DNA of 37,118 nt. Origin: Pseudomonadota bacterium (GTDB lineage: Bacteria; Myxococcota_A; UBA796; UBA2385). The stretch is taken from positions 1 to 37,118 of the forward strand of contig JBJONS010000140.1 in NCBI GenBank assembly GCA_046051725.1, given 5' to 3'. Position numbers and translations under genes: made by a program. Under the pieces are notes generated by a model that did not search any database, was not told the origin of the DNA, and worked only from the letters and a program-made list of their open reading frames with translations. Every line of letters starts with the position of its first letter. Position 1 is the stretch's first letter. Positions 29,362 through 37,118 of the stretch are shown here, piece after piece.

Positions 29362-29428
29362 CTTCGTGCTCCCTCCCCCTTGATCGACCCCTTCGTCCCT
29401 CTCGGGACCCCCGGATCCGAGGCTGCCC

Positions 29429-32400
29429 ATGAAGCGCTCTCCCCTCGTCAGCACCGTCGTCGCCCTGGCGCTCGGTGTGGTGACCCCCGTCGTCGCTCCC
29501 GGAGTGCTGGTCCCCGCAGCGTGGGCGCAGGCCCAAGACGCCAAGAAGGACGAGCGGCGGGTGCTCAAGGTTGACGAGGTGCAGACCACCTCGAAGTCGG
29601 ACGCCTACCGCCAGATGGCCCGGACCAAGCGGCACGAGTCCATCAAGATGCTCAAGAGCATCCTGTCGGACAGCCCGCCGCAGGGCACGCAGAAGGCCGA
29701 GATGCTGCTGCGTCTCGCCGAGCTCTACTTCGAAGAGCACCGCGACCTGCGCATCGACGAGGAGGCGACCCACGTCGCCAACATCGACAAGTGCTTCAAC
29801 ACGCCGGGCTGCGACACCGACGGGATCAAGGCCAACTACGCCGCGAGCCGCGGGTGGGCCGAGAAGGCCGTGGTCCTGTACCGGCAGGTGCTCGACAACT
29901 ACCCGCAGTACCAGCGGGCCGACGAGGCGACCTTCTACTTGGCCTCGACGCTGTCGGGCATCGACGAGCGGGACAAGGCGAACGAGGAGTACACCCGCCT
30001 CGTGCGGTCGTACCCGAACTCCAAGTTCCTCTCGGCCGCCTACGTGCAGATCGGCGAGTACCACTTCGACAACAACGCGGCGTTTAAGGCGCTCGGCGCC
30101 TACAAGCAGGCGACCCTCGACAAGGGCGGCGAGTGGTACGCCTTCGCGAACTACAAGCTCGCGTGGTGCTACTACAACGTCAGCGAGTACGGCAAGGCCA
30201 TCGAGACGATGAAGCACGTCGTCGCCTTCTCGATGACGGGCGCGGAAGGCCAGTCCGAGGCCGACGCCAAGAAGCGGGTCAACCTGCAGGAAGAGGCGCT
30301 CAAAGACCTCGTCCGCTTCTTCGCCGACGCCGGCGAGCTCGACGAGGCCTACGACTACCTGGTGAAGCTGGGCCGCAAGGACCTCATCCGCACCATGCTC
30401 AAGCGCCTCGCGGCGACCTACTTTGAGCAGGGCAAGTTTGAGCAGTGCATCCAGACCTACCGGCGGCTCATCGCGGACAACCCGCAGAGCCCCGAGGCGC
30501 CCGAGTACCAGAACGAGATCATCGGCGCATTCCAGAAAATGGGCCGCAAAGAAGAGACCTCGCAAGAGATCGAGCGGCTCCGCAAGGACTACGGCAAGTC
30601 TTCGGCCTGGGCCCGCGCCAACTCGGCGAACCAGGACGCGGTCAAGGCAGCCCGTGAGTACCTCGAGAAGAACCTGCGGACCGTCGCGGTGAACTACCAC
30701 GGCGAGGCGCGGAAGCTGGGCACCGGCGCGCGCGCGGTCGAGGCCTACAAGTTCGCCGGCGAGGCCTATGCGGTCTACCTTGACGAGTTCCCCGACGGCA
30801 AGTTTGTGTACCAGATGCGGTACGAGTACGGCGAGCTCCTCTACAAGCTCAAGCGCTTCCCCGAGGCCTACGACCAGTTCATGGCCGTGGTCAAGCTCGA
30901 CGCCAACGGGAAAGAGTCCCAGTTCTGCGCCCGCTCCGCTGTCTTCTCTGCCGAAGAGGTGATCAAGCAGGAGGAGAAGGCCGGCAAGATCCAGAAGGCG
31001 AGCAAGGGCAACACCTCGCAGCTGCCGCTCAACCCGTGGGAAGAGAAGAAGCTCGCCGCGCTCGACCAGTTCTCGAAGCTCTACCCCACGCACGAAGACA
31101 CCAAGGGGATGATCTACGAGGCGGGGTACATCTACTACGACAAGAACCGCTTCAAGGACGCCTCTGACCGGTTCCGGACCGTCATCACGATGGATCCGAA
31201 GTCCAAGCAGGCGATGCAGGCGGCGAACCTCATCGTCGACAGCTTCGCGCTGGTCGAGGACTACGAGAACCTCAAGGACGTCTCGAAGGCCTTCTACGAG
31301 CAAGAGAGCCTCGGGAACGCCGAGTTCAAGAAAGAGATGCTCGGCGTCTACGAGAAGGCGTCGCTCAAGCTGGTCGACGTGAACTTCCAGAAGGACAAGG
31401 ACCAGAACAAGGCGGCCGTCGCCTACATGGCCTTCTACAAGGAGTTCCCGAAGTCCGAGGACGGCGACTTCGCGCTGAACAACGCCGCCTTCTACTTCTA
31501 CCAGACCGGCCAGGCGGGCAAGTCGATGGAGGCCCGCCACGCCCTCATCGAGAACTACCCGAAGTCGAAGTTCTGGAAGGACCAGGTCGCGGCCCTGGGC
31601 TTCGACTACGAGTCGATCGCTGACTTCGACACCGCGGCGACCTGGTACGAGAAGCTGTTCGAGACCGACCCGGCCTTCGCCAAGTCGAAAGAGGCGCTGT
31701 TCTCCGCGGCGCTGTTCCGCCGCGCGCAGCGCCAGAACGGCAAGTCGGTCGAGAACCTCACCAAGTTCCGCACGACCTACGCCGACGACGCGCGCTCTGT
31801 CGCCATCCCCCTCGACATCGCCGCGCTCTACGAAGAGGACAAGAACTGGGACGAGGCGTCCCGCTGGTACATGGACTTCTTCATGAAGCCGCCGGCCGGC
31901 GCAAGCGTGGAGCAGACCTTCTTCGCCCGCCTCAAGTACGGCAAGGCGCTCGAGGCCAGCAACCAGACCGCGAAGGCCGACAAGCACTGGAAGGAGACCG
32001 TCGCGGCCTACGACGCGGCGGTGGCCAAGGGCACCGACCTCGGCGCGTCTGCCGCCTTCGTGGCTGAGATCAAGTACAAGTTGGCCAAGCCGCTGCTCGA
32101 CCGCTACCTCGCGATGAAGATCTCGGGCCCCGGAAAGAAGATGTCCGAGGCGCAGACCAACAACGTCCTCAAGGACCAGCTGGTCGGCAAAATCAAGGTG
32201 CTCGGCGAGGTGGAGGCCACCTACGCCAACATCCTCAAGATGCAGGCCGGTGAGTGGGGTCTGGCGTCGCTGGTGCAGCTTGGCAAGGCCTACGAGGACA
32301 TGTCCGAGAGCCTGCTCAAGTCCTACATCCCCGAGTACCTGACCGACGATCAGAAAGAGATCTACCGGATGGGCCTCGAGGACAAGGCCTACGTGCAGGT

Positions 32401-32599
32401 CGACAAGGCCATCGCGGCCTACGCCGAGGGCCTCAAGAACGCCTACGAGCTGAACCTCTACAACGACAACACCGCGTACGCGACCCGCCGCCTCGGCGAG
32501 CTGCGCCCCGACGACTACCCCGTGCTCGTCGAGGAGCTGTCGGAGGCCCGCTTCACCGCGCGGTCCTCGTCTGGCCGCACCTTCGAGACCCAGCCCTGA
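29429..32599 (+). CDS. Large secreted TPR-repeat protein, GltD(AgmU)/NfsD-like
   Basis: Signal peptide MKRSPLVSTVVALALGVVTPVVAPGVLVPAAWA. The 1056-aa product is made of repeated helical hairpins rich in Y/A/K/E/F (for example AEMLLRLAELYFE, YPNSKF..AYVQIGEYHF, YPKSKFWKDQ). It is fourth in the cluster. Confidence 0.72.
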   Translation: MKRSPLVSTVVALALGVVTPVVAPGVLVPAAWAQAQDAKKDERRVLKVDEVQTTSKSDAYRQMARTKRHESIKMLKSILSDSPPQGTQKAEMLLRLAELYFEEHRDLRIDEEATHVANIDKCFNTPGCDTDGIKANYAASRGWAEKAVVLYRQVLDNYPQYQRADEATFYLASTLSGIDERDKANEEYTRLVRSYPNSKFLSAAYVQIGEYHFDNNAAFKALGAYKQATLDKGGEWYAFANYKLAWCYYNVSEYGKAIETMKHVVAFSMTGAEGQSEADAKKRVNLQEEALKDLVRFFADAGELDEAYDYLVKLGRKDLIRTMLKRLAATYFEQGKFEQCIQTYRRLIADNPQSPEAPEYQNEIIGAFQKMGRKEETSQEIERLRKDYGKSSAWARANSANQDAVKAAREYLEKNLRTVAVNYHGEARKLGTGARAVEAYKFAGEAYAVYLDEFPDGKFVYQMRYEYGELLYKLKRFPEAYDQFMAVVKLDANGKESQFCARSAVFSAEEVIKQEEKAGKIQKASKGNTSQLPLNPWEEKKLAALDQFSKLYPTHEDTKGMIYEAGYIYYDKNRFKDASDRFRTVITMDPKSKQAMQAANLIVDSFALVEDYENLKDVSKAFYEQESLGNAEFKKEMLGVYEKASLKLVDVNFQKDKDQNKAAVAYMAFYKEFPKSEDGDFALNNAAFYFYQTGQAGKSMEARHALIENYPKSKFWKDQVAALGFDYESIADFDTAATWYEKLFETDPAFAKSKEALFSAALFRRAQRQNGKSVENLTKFRTTYADDARSVAIPLDIAALYEEDKNWDEASRWYMDFFMKPPAGASVEQTFFARLKYGKALEASNQTAKADKHWKETVAAYDAAVAKGTDLGASAAFVAEIKYKLAKPLLDRYLAMKISGPGKKMSEAQTNNVLKDQLVGKIKVLGEVEATYANILKMQAGEWGLASLVQLGKAYEDMSESLLKSYIPEYLTDDQKEIYRMGLEDKAYVQVDKAIAAYAEGLKNAYELNLYNDNTAYATRRLGELRPDDYPVLVEELSEARFTARSSSGRTFETQP

Positions 32600-32625
32600 G
32601 CGCCGGAAGAGAGAGGAGCACGCAC

Positions 32626-34128
32626 ATGTTCAAAATCAATACCCTGGCGCTCGTCATCGCCCTCGGCCTGAGCTCGACCGTCCTCACCGGCTGCCCCAAG
32701 CAGACCGCGCCCACCGAAGGCGTGGTGGATCCCACCGCGGCCTTCCTGGCCGGCGTCAAGCTGCTGCAGGAGCCCGGGAAAGACGGCACCATCGACTACG
32801 GCGCGGCCTACACCCAGTTCAACACCGCGGCGACGGCCAAGCCCGACTTCGCGAAGGCCCAGTACAACGCCGGTTGGACCGCCGAGCAGCTCGGCAAGCT
32901 CGCCGACGCCGAGCAGCACTACCGCAAGGCGCTGACCGCAGACCCCAACAACGGCGACACCGCCTTCGCCCTCGCCGACGTGCTGACCCGCCAAAAGAAG
33001 GCGGCAGAGGCCGTCACCCTGTTCAAGGGGCGGGTCGACGCCAACGCCGATGACCTCAAGAGCCGCAACGCGCTCATGGAGGCGCTGGTCGCCTCCGAGC
33101 AGCACGATGACGCCATCGAGCAGGCCAAGCAGATCCTGCTCCGCGACTCGAAAAACGTCAACGCGTACCGGAACCTGTCGCGGCTCTACTTCGCCAAGGG
33201 CGAGTACAAGCTGAGCCAGCTGTGCGCCGAGAAGGCCAAGGAGCTCGCCGCAGGCGACTCCGGCATCTACAACAACATCGGCGTCACGTTCCTGGTCATG
33301 GGCGAAGAGGCCTCGGCCATCGACGAGTTCAAGACCGCCATCAAGCTCGATCCAGACAACGTCGAGGCCAACCTCAACCTCGGCTACGTCGCGCTGAACT
33401 CGGGCGACTTCATGCTGGCCCGGACCGCCTTCGAGGCCGCGCTGCAGGGCGAGCCTGGCAACATCGACGGCAAGCTCGGCATGGCGGTCGCGCTCCGCGG
33501 CCTCAAAGAGTACGACCAGAGCGGCAAGCTCTACGATGAGGTCATCAAGGCGGACCCCCGGAACCAGAAGGCCTACTTCAACGCCGCCACCTTGTACGAG
33601 AAGTACGTCAAGGACTACAAGCGCGCCGAGAAGGTCCTCCAAGAGTTCATCAACGCGAACAACAAGGATGGCTCGATCGGCCCGGCCCACGAGGTCTTCC
33701 AGCGCATCGACCGCATCAAAGAGTCGCAGCAGATCGAGGAGGCCCGCCTCCGCGAAGAAGAGCGCAAGAAGAAGGAGGCCGAGGAGCGCAAGAAGCGCCA
33801 AGAGGCCGAGCTCGACAAGCTCAAGACCAAGCTCGCCGAGCTCAAGGCTATCGCCGAGAAGTACCAGGCCTGCGAGGCCTTCGCGATGGGTGTGGGCGAA
33901 GAGGCCAAGATGGTCATCGAGAACGCCCAGATGGTCGTCGAGGCCAACGACGCTGAGATGGCGGGCGACGTGTCGACCTTCGTCGATCAGATCCTGCCCA
34001 TGGCCACCGAGGCGGCCGCGGCCTGCGGGGGCGCCGCTCCCGCCCCCGCTCCGGCGGAGGGTGGCGCGCCCGCGGCGCCCACCGAGCCCGCGTCGGCCGA
34101 GCCCGCGCCGGCGCCCGCGCCCCAGTAG
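32626..34128 (+). CDS. TPR-repeat lipoprotein, GltE(AglT)/NfsE-like
   Basis: GAGAGGAG Shine-Dalgarno sequence and lipoprotein signal MFKINTLALVIALGLSSTVLTGC. Canonical TPR units (AQYNAGWTAEQLGKLADAEQHYRKALTADPNN, AYRNLSRLYFAKGEY, AIDEFKTAIKLDPDNVEANLNLGYV), then a charged coiled coil and an A/P tail. Confidence 0.72.
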   Translation: MFKINTLALVIALGLSSTVLTGCPKQTAPTEGVVDPTAAFLAGVKLLQEPGKDGTIDYGAAYTQFNTAATAKPDFAKAQYNAGWTAEQLGKLADAEQHYRKALTADPNNGDTAFALADVLTRQKKAAEAVTLFKGRVDANADDLKSRNALMEALVASEQHDDAIEQAKQILLRDSKNVNAYRNLSRLYFAKGEYKLSQLCAEKAKELAAGDSGIYNNIGVTFLVMGEEASAIDEFKTAIKLDPDNVEANLNLGYVALNSGDFMLARTAFEAALQGEPGNIDGKLGMAVALRGLKEYDQSGKLYDEVIKADPRNQKAYFNAATLYEKYVKDYKRAEKVLQEFINANNKDGSIGPAHEVFQRIDRIKESQQIEEARLREEERKKKEAEERKKRQEAELDKLKTKLAELKAIAEKYQACEAFAMGVGEEAKMVIENAQMVVEANDAEMAGDVSTFVDQILPMATEAAAACGGAAPAPAPAEGGAPAAPTEPASAEPAPAPAPQ

Positions 34129-34156
34129 CCGCGCCCGTCGCTGGACCGGCTCCCTT

Positions 34157-34196
34157 CGCCCGCCTCCACATCCAGTGGGGCGGGCGTTCGGTTTTT
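34157..34196 (+). terminator. Rho-independent terminator after the GltE-like gene
   Basis: Stem CGCCCGCC (34157-34164) / GGCGGGCG (34179-34186), extended by CCAC/GTGG inside the loop, followed by TTCGGTTTTT. Confidence 0.65.
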
Positions 34197-34803
34197 CAAC
34201 CCGCAGAGGCCGCCCTCGCCCGCAGCGCACGACGCCTCCCAGGCCTGCGCCCCGCGGGCAAGCAGGCCCCGTGGGCGCGGCGGCACCCGCGGATCGCCCG
34301 CCCAGCACAGGCCAGCTCCGGTTCGGCGCGGCCCGGGGCCCGGAGCCGACAGGGCGATCCCCACCAGGGCGACGATCCGGATCGGTCCGCCCACGCCCCG
34401 TGGAAACTCGCGCTGAACGGGAACCAACAGGAGGCGCCCCTTGTCGAACATGCCGTGGAGGGGACGAAATGATCACGACAAGTGACGGGCCCCCGGTGGT
34501 AGACTCGGGCCGCACGATCACCTCCGGCATGCGCGGCGGACTGCGAGATGGGCGTCACTGCGCATGGCCAGAAGCCAACGGCCCACCGTCGGCCTCCCCG
34601 CCCCGCCGCGAAGGCCGGCCCCCATTTCAGGCTTGACGGAGACCTTGCAGTAGCCGTCCATGTCCTCAGCCGCTCTCCGACAGTTTCAACCACAAACCTC
34701 GCTGCCCGCTGGGCTGGTCCCCTTTCCCTGGCCGCCCGCTGCTGGTAGTGTCCGCTGCCACGGCCCTTTGCTCCCCGCGAGGGCCCCCGAACCCGAGGTC
34801 GTC

Positions 34804-35085
34804 ATGTCCATCCGCACTGCCCCACGTGTCCTCGTGATCGCCCTGCTCAGCCTCGCGGCCCCCTCGGCCTTCGCGCAAGATGACGAAGAGTCCGGCGACG
34901 GCAAGAAGGTCCAGTACAAGGCGAAGACCGAGATCGACTTCGAAGGCTTGGACGTCTCGGGCGAGCTCGTCAAGCCCGCCGGTTCGGTGGTCGCCGAGAC
35001 CAAGCGCGCAGCCTTCAACCCGTTGATCCGGCTCCGCACCGACTTCGCACAAGAGATGGTCGAGTCCGTGGACGAGATCAAGTAG
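34804..35085 (+). CDS. Small secreted protein, GltF/NfsF-like by position and size
   Basis: GAGG Shine-Dalgarno sequence, signal peptide MSIRTAPRVLVIALLSLAAPSAFA, and a 93-aa product with an acidic mature N-terminus. It lies immediately upstream of the GltG-like gene. The in-frame ATG at 34660 would bury the signal peptide. Confidence 0.55.
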   Translation: MSIRTAPRVLVIALLSLAAPSAFAQDDEESGDGKKVQYKAKTEIDFEGLDVSGELVKPAGSVVAETKRAAFNPLIRLRTDFAQEMVESVDEIK

Positions 35086-35142
35086 TCTGCGCCCACTCGG
35101 CAGCGGCAACGCCCCGACCAGTTTTCGCAAAAGGAACGACCC

Positions 35143-37118
35143 ATGGGTAACCCCGGAAAGATCGTCCTCGTCTTCGAAGTCTACGAAGGCGGAGAGTTTC
35201 AGCGCCGCGAGGAGCTCTCGGCCGAGAGCGTCACCATCGGCCGCGGCGTCGCGGCCATGCTGCGCATCGACAGCCCCGCCCTCGCGGACCTTCAGGCCGT
35301 GATCAACGTCGGTGACGACGGTGAAGTGCGCCTCCTCGACGTGGTCGGGGCAGACGGCGGAACCAAGGTCAACGGCGCTGCAGTGAACAACTGCGTGCTC
35401 CGCACCGGCGACGAGATGGCCTTCGGCAGCGTCCGCGTGAAGGTCGCCGTCATCGACGCAGGCGCCTTCTCGGATGATGAGGCCACCCAGCTCGGCAAGG
35501 TGGTCGACCTCAGCAAGGGCGCCGTCGCCGCCGCGCCGGCAGCCGCCCTCGAGCGCGCCGCATCGGCCAACGATGACGAGGATGAAGACGACGCCAGCGA
35601 GTCCGAGGTGTCCGAGGACGTCGTTGCGTTCATCATGCGCTCTGGCACGTCCACGAGCGACGCCGGCATCGACAAGAAGCTGCCGAAGGTGCTTGAGGTC
35701 GCCGAGGCGTGGTCGAACACGCTGCTCGAGGTCAAGCACTTTCCGAAGGGGCATCCGGCCGTCACCGTGGGCTCGAGCACGGGCACCCGGTGGCGCTTCC
35801 TCGGACTCCCCATCGCATGGGTGCCGTCCGCGGCCAGCTACGTCGCGTGGCTGGCGGGCCCGACGATCTCCGAGACGACCGAAGAGTGGAAGAACGACTT
35901 CTACGGTCCGCCCGAGAACATGCCCGACGCCGACTTCAAGCTCTTTGAGTCGTCCGGTGGCGGCTTTGTCGCCAACATCAGCGACAAGTGGACTGGTTTC
36001 GTCGATGTGGGCGAAGAGCGCCACAGCTTCCAGCAGCTGATCGCGGCGGGCAAGGCCAAGGCCAGCGGCGCCGGCGTGTACCAGGTCGAGATCACCGAGG
36101 ACACGCGGCTCTTCGCCGATACTGGCCACGTCTACTTCTTCGGCCAGATGGTGCACCCAAGCAAGCGGGTCGTCTCCAACATGACCGACGGCATCGACTA
36201 CCCCTTCCTGGGGTCGATGACGTTCATGTCCTTCGTGTTCTTCCTCCTCTCCTACGTGTACGTGGTCTCGCCGACGCCTCCCGAGCCGGAGATGGTCGAG
36301 ATCCCCGACCGCTTCGTCGAGCTCGTCCTTGAAGAGCCGCCTCCGATCGAGGAGCCGAAGAAGGAGCAGTCCAAGCCCGATGCCAACCCCGACGCCGGCG
36401 AAGGCGCCAAGGCCAAGGGAGAAGAGGGCAAGGTCGGCAAGAAAGACGCCAAGATGAAGGAGGCCAAGGGCGACAAGGTCGCGGCCAACAAGCAGCAGCT
36501 CGACAAAGAAGTGGCCGAGAACGCCGGCGTTCTCGGTGCGCTCCGCGACGGCGGCAGCTCGATGGACGGCTTCGGCAGCTCGGCGCTGAACTCCGACCTG
36601 ACCGGCGGCATCGGTGGCTTGGTCGGTGCCAAGGGCACCCAGATGGGCTCGGGCGGTCTGGGCTCGCGCGGCGGCGGCCTCGGCGGCGGCGGCACGGCCG
36701 AGGGCCTCGGCGGGCTCGGCACCAAGGGCCGTGGGTCGGGCGCTTCGGGCTACGGCACGGGCGGTGGCAACTTCGGCTCCCGCGGAGAGGGCGGCATCGG
36801 CAAGATCGGCGGCGACCCGATCATTCTCGGCGCCCTCGACAAGAGCCTCATCGACGCCGTCATCAAGCGGAACATGAACCAGATCCGCTACTGCTACCAG
36901 CGCGAGCTGACCAAGAACCCCAGCCTCGGCGGTAAGGTGACGGTCAAGTTCGTCATCGCCAAGGACGGCACGGTGTCCAAGGCCGAGATCAAGCAGGGCA
37001 TGGGCAGCGCGGCGGTGGAGAGCTGCATCTCCGGCCGGTTCATGCGCTTCAAGTTCCCCGAGCCGAAGGGCGGCGGCATCGTCATCGTGTCGTACCCCTT
37101 CATCTTCAGCCCGGGCTA
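35143..37118 (+). CDS. Bitopic inner-membrane protein with an FHA-like N-domain, Gly-rich linker and AgmX/PglI-type TonB-C-like C-terminal domain (GltG/NfsG-like); runs to the window edge
   Basis: Not in the ORF track because no stop lies inside the window; I translated it by hand. The frame is open for 658 codons and the last partial codon is TA, probably the stop. It contains VTIGRG...KVNG...GDEMAFG, one TM helix (FLGSMTFMSFVFFLLSYVYVV, ~36196-36267), a K/E-rich and then G-rich region, and C-terminal DPIILGALDKSLIDAVIKRNMNQIRYCYQRELTKNPSLGGKVTVKFVIAKDGTV. Confidence 0.75.
   Translation, partial: MGNPGKIVLVFEVYEGGEFQRREELSAESVTIGRGVAAMLRIDSPALADLQAVINVGDDGEVRLLDVVGADGGTKVNGAAVNNCVLRTGDEMAFGSVRVKVAVIDAGAFSDDEATQLGKVVDLSKGAVAAAPAAALERAASANDDEDEDDASESEVSEDVVAFIMRSGTSTSDAGIDKKLPKVLEVAEAWSNTLLEVKHFPKGHPAVTVGSSTGTRWRFLGLPIAWVPSAASYVAWLAGPTISETTEEWKNDFYGPPENMPDADFKLFESSGGGFVANISDKWTGFVDVGEERHSFQQLIAAGKAKASGAGVYQVEITEDTRLFADTGHVYFFGQMVHPSKRVVSNMTDGIDYPFLGSMTFMSFVFFLLSYVYVVSPTPPEPEMVEIPDRFVELVLEEPPPIEEPKKEQSKPDANPDAGEGAKAKGEEGKVGKKDAKMKEAKGDKVAANKQQLDKEVAENAGVLGALRDGGSSMDGFGSSALNSDLTGGIGGLVGAKGTQMGSGGLGSRGGGLGGGGTAEGLGGLGTKGRGSGASGYGTGGGNFGSRGEGGIGKIGGDPIILGALDKSLIDAVIKRNMNQIRYCYQRELTKNPSLGGKVTVKFVIAKDGTVSKAEIKQGMGSAAVESCISGRFMRFKFPEPKGGGIVIVSYPFIFSPG

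Noticed and set aside
34469-34636. 55-codon plus-strand ORF with a well-spaced GGAGG in the spacer, together with minus-strand ORFs 33987..34451 and 34196..34693
   Set aside because: GC3 is far below that of real genes in the window, and the products are low-complexity. The minus ORFs lack a Shine-Dalgarno sequence and run through the terminator into the GltE-like gene. This is kept only as something to test within the spacer finding.
34756-34771. Sigma-54-like element TGCCAC-N-TTTGC upstream of the GltF-like gene
   Set aside because: The -24 GG is GC, and the GG-to-GC spacing is one nucleotide too long relative to the TGGCAC-N5-TTGC consensus. It does not meet the consensus.
34660-34803. 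Upstream in-frame ATG that would extend the GltF-like protein to 141 aa
   Set aside because: It would place 48 non-hydrophobic residues ahead of an otherwise canonical N-terminal signal peptide. ATG 34804 has its own GAGG Shine-Dalgarno sequence.
25444-36156. Series of long minus-strand ORFs (25444..27363, 27306..29294, 29324..31987, 32515..34530, 34666..36156) covering the Glt/Nfs-like block
   Set aside because: All mirror the plus-strand genes codon for codon and have L/V/E/G/R/D-rich nonsense composition. They lack signal peptides and Shine-Dalgarno sequences. The plus-strand products have coherent signal peptides, repeats and paralogy.
25657-37118. Drop in GC content (about 73% upstream to roughly 60-64% here), which might indicate a horizontally acquired island
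   Set aside because: Third codon positions remain almost exclusively G/C. The drop is explained by the K/E/Y/F/N/D-rich amino-acid composition of TPR and beta-barrel proteins. There are no integrase, tRNA-flanking or repeat boundaries.

Overview
This is a very GC-rich (roughly 70%) bacterial chromosomal window whose gene content points to Myxococcota; that taxonomic call is an inference. The first ~25 kb is mostly housekeeping. It holds an SDR epimerase, pgsA, an SLT lytic transglycosylase, nadB, pepP, pyrE and guaB. It also holds the conserved gap-pgk-tpiA-secG-tRNA-Leu block, a COG2509-like flavoprotein, and a TPR-protein-associated TRAP transporter operon (TatT lipoprotein, DctP-like binding protein, fused DctQM permease) followed by a lysophospholipase-like hydrolase. 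A three-gene block follows: a polytopic membrane protein, a nucleotidyltransferase/hexapeptide-repeat protein and a GT2 glycosyltransferase. The last ~11.5 kb (25657 to the window end) is the most interesting part. Seven co-directional genes encode two paralogous outer-membrane beta-barrels, three secreted or lipoprotein TPR proteins (623, 1056 and 500 aa), a 93-aa secreted protein, and a bitopic protein with an FHA-like domain, a Gly-rich linker and a TonB-C-like end. In content and order this matches the Myxococcus Glt (gliding) / Nfs (spore-coat) envelope-spanning machines. No motor genes are in the window, and a strong terminator plus an unexplained ~675-nt non-coding spacer splits the block. 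I saw no CRISPR array, IS element, integrase or rRNA. The many long antisense ORFs in the track are GC-driven shadow ORFs. All family assignments come from reading motifs by eye; no searches were run.
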